Assembly: GCF_963921235.1 (NCBI RefSeq)
Contig: NC_086099.1
Location: forward strand, 77,066,001-77,130,000
Reading direction: 5' to 3'
Origin: Mobula hypostoma
Lineage: Eukaryota
DNA length: 64,000 nucleotides
This document shows, piece by piece, positions 12,861 to 25,499 of the stretch. Under the pieces are notes generated by a model. It searched no databases, was not told the DNA's origin, and saw only the letters and a program-made list of their open reading frames with translations. The translations under genes were made by a program, and so were the position numbers. Numbering within the stretch: the first letter of the stretch is position 1; each line of letters starts with the position of its first letter.

Positions 12861-13501
12861 ATCAAATCAAATCAAGTTCAATTGTCACTCAAACCATACA
12901 TAGATATATCTGAATGACAGAGGGTTGTTTTGGGGCCAAGGTGCAAAACATTCAAAATAGCAAGCAAATATTCAAAATTAGCGAGTAACATAATTCAGCA
13001 TATTGAGCGAAGAAGCATATTCACTCAGAAACAAGCAATCCAGCCTGTCATTCCACTGTTTGAACAGCACTGATGGGAGAACTCAGGCCCCATCTGAGCT
13101 CAACCATGCTGTACCACTTCCGTATCTCTCACCTGGTCTGCAGTAGCAGGCAAGCCCGAGGATCGAGGCTTAGTTGTCACTACAAATGAGGATACACAGC
13201 TTGCATGTTGACTGTCCCTCCAGCAGACAACGGAAACAGGCCTGCAGCAACTTGCATTATCACTGTCCCTCAGAGTCTTGTGATCGCAAGCGAAATGTCC
13301 GAGACAATCTCCCATAATTTTACTGTACTAATTCAGATGCATCCAAGTAGTGAGCAGCAACACAGTCTGCAACCAGCTCAGCTCCTCCGAACCCAAACCG
13401 GCTCCTTCAACGTTCCCATGGGCTCCTCAAATAGCCCAATGAGTTCTGTCGATAGCCCAACTGATTCCTCCGATAACCCGACCAGCTCCTCCGATATCCA
13501 T

Positions 13502-16500
13502 TAGACCATAAAAACGTAAGTCATAGGAGTAGTATTAGGCCATTTGGCCTGTCGAGTCTGCTGCACCATTGAACTATGGCTGATCCTTTTTTCCCTTCCT
13601 CAGCCCCAGTCCCTGGACTTCTCCCTGTAACAACTGATGCTGTATCCAATCAAGAAACTACCAAGCTCTAACTTAAATACATCCAATGACCTGGCATCCA
13701 CAGCTGCCTGTTGTAACAATTTCCATAGATTCACCAACCACCGACTGAAGAAATTTCTCCACATCTCTGTTTTAAATGGAAGTCTACCTATCCTGAGGTT
13801 ATGCCCTCATGTCCTCAAGTCCCCCACCATGGGAGTCATCCTTTCCATATCTACTCTGTCTAGGTCTTTCAACATTTGAAAGGTTTCAATGAGATTCCCC
13901 TTTATCCTTCTAAATTCTGGTAAGTACAGAGCCAGATCTATCAAACATTCCTCATATGGTAACACTTTCATTCCCGGATTCATCCTTGTGAATCTCCTCT
14001 GAACCTTCTCCAATGCCAGTACATCTTTTCTTAGATGAGGAGCCCAAAACTGTTCACAGTACTCAAGGTGAGGCCTCACCAGTGCCTTATAACACCTTAG
14101 CATCACATCCCTGCTCTTGTATTCTAGACCTCCTGAAATTAATGCCATCATTGCATTTTCCTTCCTCATCACTGACTCTCCCTGAAAATTAACCATTAGG
14201 GTGTTCTGCACAAGGGCTCCCAAGTCCCTTTGCATCTCAGATTTTTGGATTTTCTTCTAATTTAGCAAGTAGTCTGCACATTTATTTTTACTACCAAAGT
14301 GCATGACTATGCATTTTTCAAAGTTGTATTTTATTTGCCACTTTCTCGCTCATTATCCTAATCTGTCTAAGTCCTTCTGCATCCTACCTGTTTCCTCAAC
14401 ACTACCTGCCCCTCCACCAATCTTCATATCCTGTTATCCTTGTCCCCTGTTATTATTTCTCTGGCCTCATTTTCTAGTGGTCTTATTTCCATTCCCATCT
14501 CTTTTTTACTTCTAACATACTTAAAAAAGCTTTCACTATCCGTTTTGATATTGTTTGCTAGCTTGCTTTCATATTTCATCTTTTCCCTCCTAACGATTCT
14601 TTTAGTTGTTCTCTGTAGGTTTTTAAAACCTTCCCAATTCTCTATCTTCCCCTATTTTTTGCATTGTTGTTTTCCCTCTCTTTTGCTTTTATATTAGCTT
14701 TGACTTGTCTTGTCAGCCACAGATGTATTATTTTGCCTTTTGAGTATTTCTTCATTTTTGGAATACATCTATCATGCACCTTCCACATTTTTCCCAGAAA
14801 CTCACACCATTACTGTTCTACTGTCATCCCTGACAGGATCTCTTCAAATTAACTTTGGCTAAATCCTGTCTCATGACACTGTAATTTCCTTTACTGTACT
14901 GAAATACTGCGATGTCATACTTACTTTCTCCCTATCAAATTTCAAGTTGAACTCAATCATATTGAGATCACTGCTTCCTAAGGGTTATTTTACTTTAAGC
15001 TCACTAATCACCTCTGGTTCCTTACATAACACCCAATCCAGTATAGCTGACTCCCTAGTAGGCTCAATGACAAACTGCTCTAAAAAGTTATCTCTTAGGC
15101 ATTCAACAAACTCACTCTCTTGAGATCCATTACCAACCTGATTTTCCCAATCAACCTGCATGCTGAAATCTCCCAGTACTATCACAACATTGACCTTTTG
15201 ACACACCTTTTCAATTTCCCATTGTGATCTTTGGTCCGCATTCCAGCTATTGCTGGGAGGCCTGTATACTGCTCTCATCAGCGTCCTTTTACACTTGCAG
15301 TCTCTTAATTCAATCCACAGGGATTCAACGTCTTCCGAAACTATGTCTCATCTTTCTACTGATTTAATGCCATTCTTTACCAGCAGAGCCATGCCATCCC
15401 ATCTGCCTACCTTCCTATCCCTGCAATAAAATATGTAACCTTGGGCATTCAGCTCCCAAGTACAACCATCCATCAGCCATGACTCAGTGACGGCCACAAC
15501 ATCATACCTGTCAATCTGTAATAGTGCAACAAGATCATCCACCTTATTTGGATGATCCGTGCTTTGAGATACAGGTTTCCCCAGCCATCAGAAGGTAGAG
15601 CGTTCCTATGAAACGGTTCGTAAGCGGAAATGTTGTAAAGCGAAGAAGCAATTACCATTTATTTATATGGGAAAATTTTGTGAGCGTTTGCAGACCCAAA
15701 AGTAACCTACCAAATCATGCCAAATAACACATAAAACCTAAAATAACAGTAACATATAGTAAAAGCAGGAATGATATGATAAATACACAGCCTATATAAA
15801 GTAGAAATACTTCTCTACAATGATTGCCTGCACAGATCTCCATAGCAAAAATCTCACGCAAGCGCTCTTGGCATAAACACGCTCTCCAGTAACCTTTAAA
15901 CTATGAAGCTGCCAAATCTACCAAATAACACATAAAAATACACAGCCTATGTAAAGTAGAAATAATGTATGTACAGTGTAGTATCACTTACGGGAATCGA
16001 GCACACTGATGATGGTGTGTTAGACTGAGTCGTCGCAGGTTGGGGTGGTGCAGTGGCCCCCAACCTCCAGACCGCCAACTGATACATTGCTGTGAAGCAC
16101 GCAGGGGTAGCCGGGAGGCACACAGCACATCTTTAAGAAAAAAGCCGAAATAAACATGCTAATTAATTAGGTGCTGCCCGGCACGTAAATGTTGGCGCAG
16201 ATCAGAGGCGATTGCCGAATGCGTCGGCACTGATCTGGGCCGACAATTACATGCTAGGCAGCACCTAATTAATTAGCATGTTTATTTCGGCTTTTTTCTT
16301 AAAGATGTGCTGTGTGCCTCCCGGCTACCGCTGCATTCTCCGCGAATTGGTACAGTATCTGTCCGGGGCCTGGGTGGGGGTGGTGGGACACGGGGGTGTC
16401 ATCTCATCATCGATCAGGGCAGGCAGCTCATCTTCTCCTATGATTGCCTGTCTCAATGTCGAAGATCGAGGTTCGTCGTCTGCTGTGGCTAATGTGGAGG

Positions 16501-17440
16501 CTTGCTTGGCTGCTGAGCCTCGAGCATTTTTCTATCACACAGTTCCTTGTAAGAACTCAAGACATCCTGCAAATATCCCCTAAACCTACATACCCTTTCA
16601 AAATTAAAGTAGTACTTTATCATTGCAGCGAAAATCTCACGCAGTTGCTTCACGTTCAGTTCCTGGATGACTTCACTTTCGCTACTGCATTCGGTTTCGA
16701 TTGTTATCCTTTCCTCTTCCAATTGCATCAACTCTTCATCTATCAGTTCTTCGTCATGGGATGCCAAAACCTCTTCAACATCATCTTTGTCAGCTTCCAC
16801 AAGCCAAACTCACTTTGTCCTTGCTTAGTTCACCACGATTGAAACGCTTAATTATGTCTAGTTTTACACTAAGTGTAATACCCTTATGAGCTTAATCAGG
16901 CTTTTCCGACACCTTAGAACTCATCTTGCAAATGGCTGCTCACAGGCTCGTGATTAAGCAATGCTATTCCGAATCCGGAGGAGAGCGGCTGCTCAGGGTG
17001 CGCGCTGCTTTTCATCGCGTGCTGATTTTTTATCGCGAGCTGCCTTTCTTCGTAATAGTGAAAACACCTTCTGAAAGCGAAAACAAGGTACTAATGTAGG
17101 TCTTTCGTAACAGTGAGGTTTCGTAAAGCGAACGTTCGAAAAGCGGGGGACACCTGTATAACATTTTGAGTACTCTGTGTGCTACCCTTTTTAATTTTGC
17201 ATGCCTAATGCACTGATACTCGCCCTACCAGCTGTAATTTTGTCCTATCATCAGCCTGCCCTTCTTGACAGTCTGACTGCATGCTATCTTTGCTTTTTTA
17301 CCATCAATCCTATCCTGAGTCCCTTCACTCCAGTTCCCACACCCCTACCAAATTAATTTACACACTTGCCATCAGCTCTTACACACCTGCTTGTGAGAAT
17401 ATTGGTCCCCCTCGGGTTCCGGTGCAACCTGTCACTTTTC
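13502..17440 (-). mobile_element. CR1 LINE (ORF2 endonuclease/RT fragments), interrupted by a Tigger element
   Basis: ORFs YKALVRPHLEYCEQFWAP, VYRPPS..LGDF..LDWVL and DVVAVTESWL. The 3' tail is at ~13502. Confidence 0.9.
15570..17158 (-). mobile_element. Tigger/pogo DNA transposon, internally deleted
   Basis: TA target duplication and termini CAGGT(T/G)TCCCC. ORF 16489-16800 DDVEEVLASHDEELIDEELMQLE...YKEL resembles the Tigger/TIGD1 C-terminus. Confidence 0.85.
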
Positions 17441-17764
17441 TCAGCTGGCTCATCCAATATCACGACGTGCTCCTCCAATATCCAGACAGGCTCCTCTGAT
17501 ATTCCAATGAGCTCCTCTGATATTCCAATGGGCTCCTCTGATATCCCAAATGGATTACTCTAATACCCTGACCAGCTCCTTTGACATCTCAGCCCACCCT
17601 TTCGACGCCTCAGCTGGCCCCTTTGACACTTTGGCCGGTTCCACCGCTGACACCAGTCAAGCTACTCTGATCAATTAGCAGCTCACTGATGGAGTAGTCC
17701 TGTAGAACCCGATGTTCTTGGAGTAGAATTTTCTTTGGATCTTAAAAAAACAAACTTTACAAAG

Positions 17765-18520
17765 ATAGAAACACCCTTGGTTAGTCCCCGAGAGACTGCT
17801 ACGTTCACAAGGTCCCCTACACTTGGCAGATTTTCTATTCACCATAACAGGTACATGCTGCTCCTGGACACTTGATATCATGCTCTTAAAAGGCTCCCAC
17901 TCGCCATTCATTCCTTTTCCTTCATAAAGGCTCACCCAACTGACCTCTGCTAGATCCTGGGGAAATCCCCCAAAATTAGCCCAGCTCTAGATTAGGAGTT
18001 ATCCTTACCCATCACTATCTTAAAACTAACAGAATTATAGTCAGTAGAGCCAATGTGCTCTCTGACTGACTCCTCAGTTACTTATACTGCTCATTCCCCA
18101 AGAGGAGGTTCAGTTCTGTACCTCCCTGAGTAGGGCCTTCTATATATTGACTCAAGAAACTTCCCTGGACATATTTCATAAATTTCACCCTGTCCAATGC
18201 CTTAATACTCTGGGTAGCCCAGTCAAAACTGTAGAAATTAAAATCTCTCTCTGATACAACCCTATTATTCTTACAATGAGCAATTTGGCTACATACCTGT
18301 TCCTCAAGTTCCCATTTGAGGTTGGGGGAAGTTGGAGATCTATGACACGGTTCCACCAAAGTGACTCTCTCCTTCTTGTTTTGAAGTTCCACCCATATGG
18401 TCTCACTATAACATTCCTCAAGAATGTTACCTTGAAATACTGCTATTATATTACTGTATACTGAATTAAGAAGGCTACATTTCTTCCTCACTTACTTGTA
18501 TTTTTGTCATGCCTGCAGTT
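17765..18520 (-). mobile_element. CR1 LINE endonuclease fragment
   Basis: ORF ETIWVELQNKK...DFNF..DW...FLSQYIEGPT..LNLLLGNE. Confidence 0.75.
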
Positions 18521-18769
18521 TCTGTTTCCTGTAAAACAATAATTCCAGTATAGCTTACAGTATATATCACTCTGAATGAGTGTGTTGAACAATTGTGTTG
18601 GAAATTCATTAGCAGAACAGGCTAGTCTACAGAAAGACCTGGTTCCCTTTGCCTAAACTGTTCCTGAATTATTCTGAAATAACAGGACAACTCTTGCTTG
18701 GTGTCTCCACAACAAATCATATTAAAACCTTACATCTTTTTTACTCATATAGTACATCCAATTCAAGGA

Positions 18770-19170
18770 ACTTATGGTGAATGACAGAATGCATTCAGCC
18801 TCACTCCCTTACTGTTCAGTGACCGAATGGCCAGGTTGGAGTTCTTTAGCAAGATGAGGGTCCCATTTAGAACATTTGAAAATGATGTCAACTGAGTATG
18901 GGATGAGGAGGAGGTGGGAAAGGTGTGTCTATCTATCAGAGTGTTATGAGACTTTGGAACCTGTTTCCTCAAAGAATATAGAAGTAAAGTCTTTGAGTAC
19001 TTTTTCAGGCAGAAGTAGATAAAACTTGAAAAGCAAAGGAATCAAAGATTACTGTAGGTAGATTGGAATGCAAAATCAAGATTGCAATTCAATTGAATCA
19101 GACATTAAATGGTAGAGCAGGTTTTAAGTGTCATGTGGTAAACTCTTGCCCTTAATTCAATGTTTTCTAT
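18770..19170 (+). mobile_element. Old CR1-like 3' fragment
   Basis: Decayed RT C-terminus and a CR1-type 3' UTR (AATGGTAGAGCAGG...ACTCTTGC). Confidence 0.5.
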
Positions 19171-21281
19171 TATTTGAATGTTCACAATAATGAAATAACT
19201 GAAATTAAATGAAGCAGGATAGGAGAGCATTGGGCAGGTTAATATAAGGGAAAACATGAATGGCTGGGGGAAAATGAATGTTTATTGAAAGGGGTATATA
19301 AAAATAAACTGAGAGGAACAGCGATTAACAATCATTCACACTGGCTGTGCAGCGGCATATGCTGTGTGAATAGTAAAACAAAGGAACTACATTACTGATG
19401 CAAGAACCCACATTACAGGAGGAGGAGAAATAGAAGTCATGTGGATGAAGATAATGGCCCAAAATTTGAAGTAATTCTTGTGTTTATCTAGTGCAATTTT
19501 CACAGGAGGAATTTGGTTGATAACTGAATTTCTTCTGGCAAAGCCTTGAACAACATTAGGATTTTCCATGATGTAATGAGATTGCATAGGAGGGAAGATG
19601 CAGGCCTACCTACAAATAAACTAGAAAGCACTTTGACACCGGACTAAACCATAGCCCTAGTTTAGCAATGTATTTTTTCTGAATTGAACTGAATATGTAC
19701 TCTTTCATTTTTATGTTTTATATTCTGTGTTTTTGCTTTTTCTTTTATGTTGCTGTTTGCCTGATTTGTTTTTTTTTGAGTGTGGTTGGGGGGGGGGTAT
19801 ATTTCTTTGTACAGATTCCATGCTTTTCTTTGTTTCATGGCTGTCTGTGGGGAAGACGAATCTCGGAGTTGTATACTGTATCCATACTTTGATAATAGAC
19901 ATACTTTGAATCCTTTAAATATTTCTTGTTTTCATAGAATATGGATACTTTCAAAGATTAAAATAGTTTAAAAATCAGATATTAAAATCTTAGAAAACTT
20001 TAAAATTCAAAAATATTTTAAATAATGATATAATTAAAATTATTAAAATTAATACTTAATGTAATATCTCATAGTCATTCTACCTACTGCCCATCACACC
20101 GCTGGTGTTTAGGGCAGCAATGAAGGTCCATTTCTGGAGGTGTTCAGGGCTTCCTTCAATGTGAAATAGTACAGTTTTCACGACTGTCAATCACGCAAGT
20201 CCTGGGTGGAGGCTTGGGAATACCGTCACACTCAGAGGTAGAAAGATTCTTCATTACTGTTCCCGTAACATTATTCCCATTGAAATCAATGAGGAAGATG
20301 CCTTGCAGCTGGTCCAGCCTGGAGCAGGGTGGATGCACAGCTTCCCCACTGTGGATGTCTGACCATAGTTTTGGGAATTCTTTAATTGCCAAGAATTCTC
20401 CAACTTGCACATAGTTATATGGGAAAATATGCATATTTTTCTTCAAATCTGAACTATCACATTAGTAGGGCCTTATAGTCACTTAATAGCAAAAGGGAAT
20501 TCTGCTTCGCTTTATCAATTTCCTTGAATTCTTTGACCAAAAAGAGTACACAGAGGTTATCCAGTGTGTGAAATTTATCTAGATCTTCAGGCAGGATTCA
20601 CATAGCATACTGATGGATATGGGAAAAATATGTGGAGGCCAGGAATTAGTAGCTAGTTGACTTCATGGCAAATATCCAACTGTAAAAATTAGCTGTTTGT
20701 ATGGTAGAAGGTAGAAAGCTCTGGGTACAGTAGAACCTGTATAATATTAACAACTATGACATTGTAATAAATCAAAGTGGCCTGGACCTTGTGTAGCTTG
20801 CAGTCTAGATACAGCTGTCTTCCCTTTGATCACCTTATCCTGACTATGCTCCAACCCTAAGTTTCTCATGGAATGTCGCAGAGGAAGATAAGCTTGCATT
20901 AACTTGAGAAATTACAAATGGATTCAACTTAGCTCAGGAAAATTTGCTGCATTTATTTAAATAGAATAGGGTTGTTACAGAGGATAAATGGTAAACATTT
21001 GTTTTTTTCAGCAAATTAAACTTAGTTACTTCTTATATTGTTTTGATGTATTAAGTTTTTTTAATGCTTTGGTTCAAACTTTCATAAATTTTAAAATACT
21101 CTAATTGCTTGATTGCTTTTTTAATAGTTTTTAAATATTTCTGCATGTCAGAGATGTTTCAAAATATTTCAGTATTTTGGCCTGTTTGACAGATGACGTA
21201 TCCAGGAAACAGCTTAGACGGCTGGGCAGATTTTCCACAGCTGATTCCTAGGCAAGGATCTTTTTTGCATGTCTTACCATT

Positions 21282-21346
21282 TGATGATATGTGTGTGTAC
21301 AACACTGAAGATGATGAAGATCTGGTCAAAAGATTGATCTGGCTGA
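21282..21346 (+). ncRNA. Candidate box C/D snoRNA
   Basis: C TGATGA (21282), D' CTGA (21305), C' ATGATGA (21311) and D CTGA (21343). GTGTGTACAA before D' is complementary to the conserved 18S rRNA sequence TTGTACACAC. There is no clear terminal stem. Confidence 0.3.
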
Positions 21347-21767
21347 TATCTTAAAATGTAAGTTCATACTCAATACATACTGTAGATAATCTTCTGCAAC
21401 TCTTGGCTTATTGCAGGATTTAAAAATGGAAAATAAGGGCAATTTCTAAACTTACTGGTTGAAATAAATGTGGGTGGGTAAGGGATAGATAGAGAGTGGG
21501 GCATTGTTAATTCAGGAAAATTATAACAATTTATGATAAAGCACTAATTATCTTATGGAATGTGAATGTATTTGTAATACTGATGTGGGAGTGTATTATA
21601 TGTATTTGGATAAGAAAAGGGGACATGTATAATAGAAAATGATAAAAGATATGAGACAGAAAAATAAATCATCAATGTAAGGAATGTAGGTAACTATGGA
21701 CAAAATTAAGTAAACCAAACAGTAGAGTGTATAATTGTGATTAGAAAATAGAGATTTGTGCTAATAC

Positions 21768-22470
21768 CATAGAAATTAGAACAGGACAGCACAGGGACAA
21801 ACTCTCTGGTCCATGATGTTGTGCCAAAATAATTAAACTAGTAATGAAATGCCTAACTAAACTAATCCCTTCTGCCTACACAATGTTCATATCCTTCCAA
21901 TCTTTGTATATTCACGTGTCTTCCTAGGAGCCTCTTAAACACCTCGACAGTATTTGCCTCCACTACAATCCCTTGCAGTCTATTCCAGATACACACCACT
22001 CCATCTAAAAAACTTGTCCCACACATCTCCAGTGAATATACCCCCTCTCACCTTAAATGCTTCCCTTTAGTATCATACATTTCACCTCTAGGAGAGAGAA
22101 ATCAGCGGTTTACTTTACCTATGCCTCTCATAATCTTTTAGACTTCAATGAGGCCTTCACTCAGTGTCCACCTTTCCAGGAAAAAGCAACCGCATTTTGT
22201 CCTTATTGCACATGCCTTTTAATCCAGGCAACATCCTGGTCAACCTCTTCTGCACCTTCTCTTTTTTATAATGAGATAGTGAGAATTGAATGTATACTAC
22301 AGATGTGGTCTAACTCGAGTTTTATACATCTGCAAAATAAGGTGCTGACTTGCGTACTCAGTGCCTCAGCTAAAAAAGGCAGGCATACTATACATTTTCT
22401 TTACCATCCTAACAACCTGTGCAACAACTTTCAGAGAGCTATGGACTTGGGCCCCATTATCCCACTGCTG
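21768..22470 (-). mobile_element. CR1 LINE 3' fragment
   Basis: The CR1 3' UTR and tail plus a decayed RT C-terminus resemble the 59533-60096 region. Confidence 0.7.
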
Positions 22471-23281
22471 TTAACTATATACTGTTCATTTTTCTTTTTG
22501 CACTACTTCTTTGATTTATCTTTTATAATATAAATACTGTAATTTACAGTTTTTATTATGTATTTCAATTTACTGCTGATGCATAACAAGTTTCATGACA
22601 GATGCCAATGATATTAAACCTAATTTAGATTCTGATTCTGATTAATATTTAATCTCTCCAAGTGCATCAGCTCAGACATGATGAGATTAAACCCTCTCTG
22701 CTATAACTCCACCTATACCTCTGATTTTGTTTTTCGTCAGATCTTGTTAGACCTGCCGATATTGCAGAATAGGATTGCGCATAACAGTACGAAAGGTACC
22801 GGATGTCTTAAAAGTTATGAAGGTAAATCTTCAGGGCTGACCAAGTATATCTAAGAACATTGGGGAGGCTACTGAAGAAATTATGGCAGCCTTGGCACAT
22901 CAATATCCATGGGTGAGGTGGCAAAAGATTTGAGTGTAGTGAATGTTATACTTTTATTTAAGGATTGTAGCAAAGAGAAATCTATGAACTGTAGTGTAAT
23001 AAATATAACATTTGTGATAGTTCAAGGATTCTGAGCAATAAGATATAACTACATATGGAAATACAGTGGTTGATCAGTCAAGACAATTTTTGACGAGGTG
23101 ACAAGAATGATTGATGAAGGTAGAGCTGTGAGTGCTGTCTACATGGTGTTTGACAAGTTCCCGCATGGGAGGCTCATTTCGAAGATTAAGACGTATGGGA
23201 TCAATGGCCGTTTGGATTCTGAACTGGCTTGCCCGGTAAAGACAAAGGGTGCTGGTCAAAGGGGCTTTTTCTAATTGGAGG

Positions 23282-24522
23282 TATAGTGCCTATAAAAAGT
23301 ATTAACCTCCTTGGAAGTTTCCATGTTTTATTGTTTTACAACACTGCATCACAGTGGAGTTAATTTGGCTTTTCTGACACTGATCAACAGAAAAAAGCTC
23401 TTTCATGTCAAAGTGAAAACAGATCTCTAAAATGTGATCTAAATTAGCAACACATATAGAACACAAAATAATTGATTGCATAAGTATTCACCCCCTTTAA
23501 TATGACACACTAAATCATCACTGGTGCAGCTAGTCAGTTTTAAAAATCACATAATCAGTTACATGGAGATCACTAGCGCACAGACAATGTACTTCCATGG
23601 ATTGCAGTAAAAATACACCTGTATCTGGAAGGACCAACTGCTGGTGACTCGGCATCCTGGGAAAAGCTACACCACAAAGACAAAAGAGCAGTCCAAGCAA
23701 CTCTGTGAAAAGGTTATTGAAAGGTGCAAGTCAGGAGATGGATAGAAGAAAACATCCAAGTCACTGAATATCCCTTGGAGTACAGTTAAGTCACTCATCA
23801 AGTAATGGAAAGAATATGATACAACTGTAAATCTGCCTCGAGCAGGCTGTCCTCTAAAACTGAGTGACCATACAAGAAGGAGAATAGAACAGATCTATGA
23901 CAACAGCCAGGAAGGGCCAAAAGGCCTGGTTCTGTCCTGCAGTTTTTCTATGCTTTCTATGGTTTCTAACTCTGGAGGAGTTACAATTTTCAGTGGCTGA
24001 GATGGGAGAAAATGTATATACAATAACTGTTTCATCAGTCACAGCTTTATGGGAGGGTGGCAAAGACAAGCCCACTGTTGAATGAAACTTACATGAAATC
24101 TCAGCTAGAGTTTGCCAGAAGGCATGTAGAAGACTCTGAAGCAACTGGGAGAAGGTTCGATGGTCTGATCGCAAATTTATGGTTGGAATTGAAAAGCGCT
24201 GTTCATTCATGATCCCATTGCAATCTGACAGAGCTTGAAGAGTTTTGTAAAGAAAAATGGGGAAAATTGCAGTGTCCTGATGTACAAAACTACACTAAAT
24301 ACTGAGTTGAGAAAGCGGTGAATAATTAAGCGATCAATTATTTTCTGTTTAATAATTGTAATAAATTTAGACTAATTTGTCGAAATTCGTTTTCACTTTG
24401 TCACAAAAGAGTCTTTTCTGTTGATCACTGTAAAAAAAATAAAAGCACTGTGATTCAATGTTGCAAAACAACAAGACATGACAACTTCCAAGGGGAAGTG
24501 AATACTTTTTATCAGCACTGTA
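23282..24522 (+). mobile_element. Tc1-family DNA transposon (long IR/DR-type TIRs), internally deleted
   Basis: TA-flanked ~200-bp inverted repeats (AGTGCCTATAAAAAGTATT...AATACTTTTTATCAGCACTG). Transposase N-terminus KTKEQSKQLCEKVIERCKSGDG*KKTSKSLNIPWSTVKSLIK*WKEY...LPRAGCPLKLSD. Confidence 0.9.
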
Positions 24523-25015
24523 TGCGATTAATGGCTTTCTGCTGGGATCTGTATTGGGTTCTCTACTGTTTATGATGTGTATATGAATGAATTGCATGAA
24601 AATATAGATAGGTGAGTTTGTATGTTTGTGGATGATATTGTGGATAGCATAGGTAACTGGCAAAGTAGAGAGCAGAATAGAGATAAGTTGCAGATATAGG
24701 CAGAGAAATGGCAAATGGATTTCTTCCGCAGGGTTTTACACTTGAAGCCTTTCCTATGGATGGATTTGGCCGCAAGGCAGCGGAGGTTTAAATATCAAAG
24801 TTTTCCTTCTCTTAGGCGGGCTGCTGTCCAAGGCTGAAGAGCCCTGCCTACCTTAATTTACTTAGATATTTAATAAATAATTTAATTGGTTCAGCACAAT
24901 ACTGTAGGCTGAAGGTCCTACTTCTGTGCTGTACTGGTCTCTGTTTTATAGTTAGGGGCTGTCAGAATGGCTTTGTGCATGGGTGATCGTATCTTACAAA
25001 CTTGACAGAATTTTT

Positions 25016-25152
25016 AGTCCTGATGAAGGGTCTTGGTCTGAATTGTTGCCTGTTTATTTCTCTCCATAGATGCTATCTCCCATGCTGAGTTCCTCCTGCA
25101 TGTTGTGTGTGCTACTCTGGATTGCTGGCATCCACAGAATGTCTTGTGTTTT
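25016..25152 (+). mobile_element. PLE 3'-end fragment with hammerhead-like core
   Basis: AGTC-CTGATGA-AGGGTCTTGGTCT-GAA followed by the PLE terminal sequence ATAGATGCT...GCTGAGTTCCTCC.GCAT.TTGTGTGT. Confidence 0.7.
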
Positions 25153-25499
25153 TGAAATTTTTAGATGATATGACCAAGAAATTTGATGAGCGCAGGATGG
25201 TAGATGTGATGTTATCCATATGAATGATTTGGATAGGAATGTACAAGGCATAGTTAGTAAGTTTGCAGATGAAACTCAAATAGATGGCATGATAGACAAT
25301 TAAAACTTTATCTAAGATTACAGAGGGATCTTGATCAATTGGTTAAGTGGGCTGACGAATGGCAAGTGGAGTCTAATTTGGGTAAGAGTGCGGTTTTGCA
25401 TTTTGGAAAGTCAAATCCGGCCTGAGGGAGTGTTGTAGACATGATGGTGAAGAAGACGTCTGACACACTGGCCTTTATAAGTTAGGGCATTGAACGTAC

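Larger units (their letters stand above)
13375..17670. repeat. Degenerate 21-bp minisatellite (GGCTCCTCCGATATCCCAATG), split by CR1/Tigger insertions into 13375-13500 and 17440-17670
   Basis: The same 21-bp unit occurs on both sides of the CR1 and translates as an SSDIPMG-like heptad. It lies within a non-autonomous element starting at the (ATCAA)n tail at ~12861. Confidence 0.7.
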
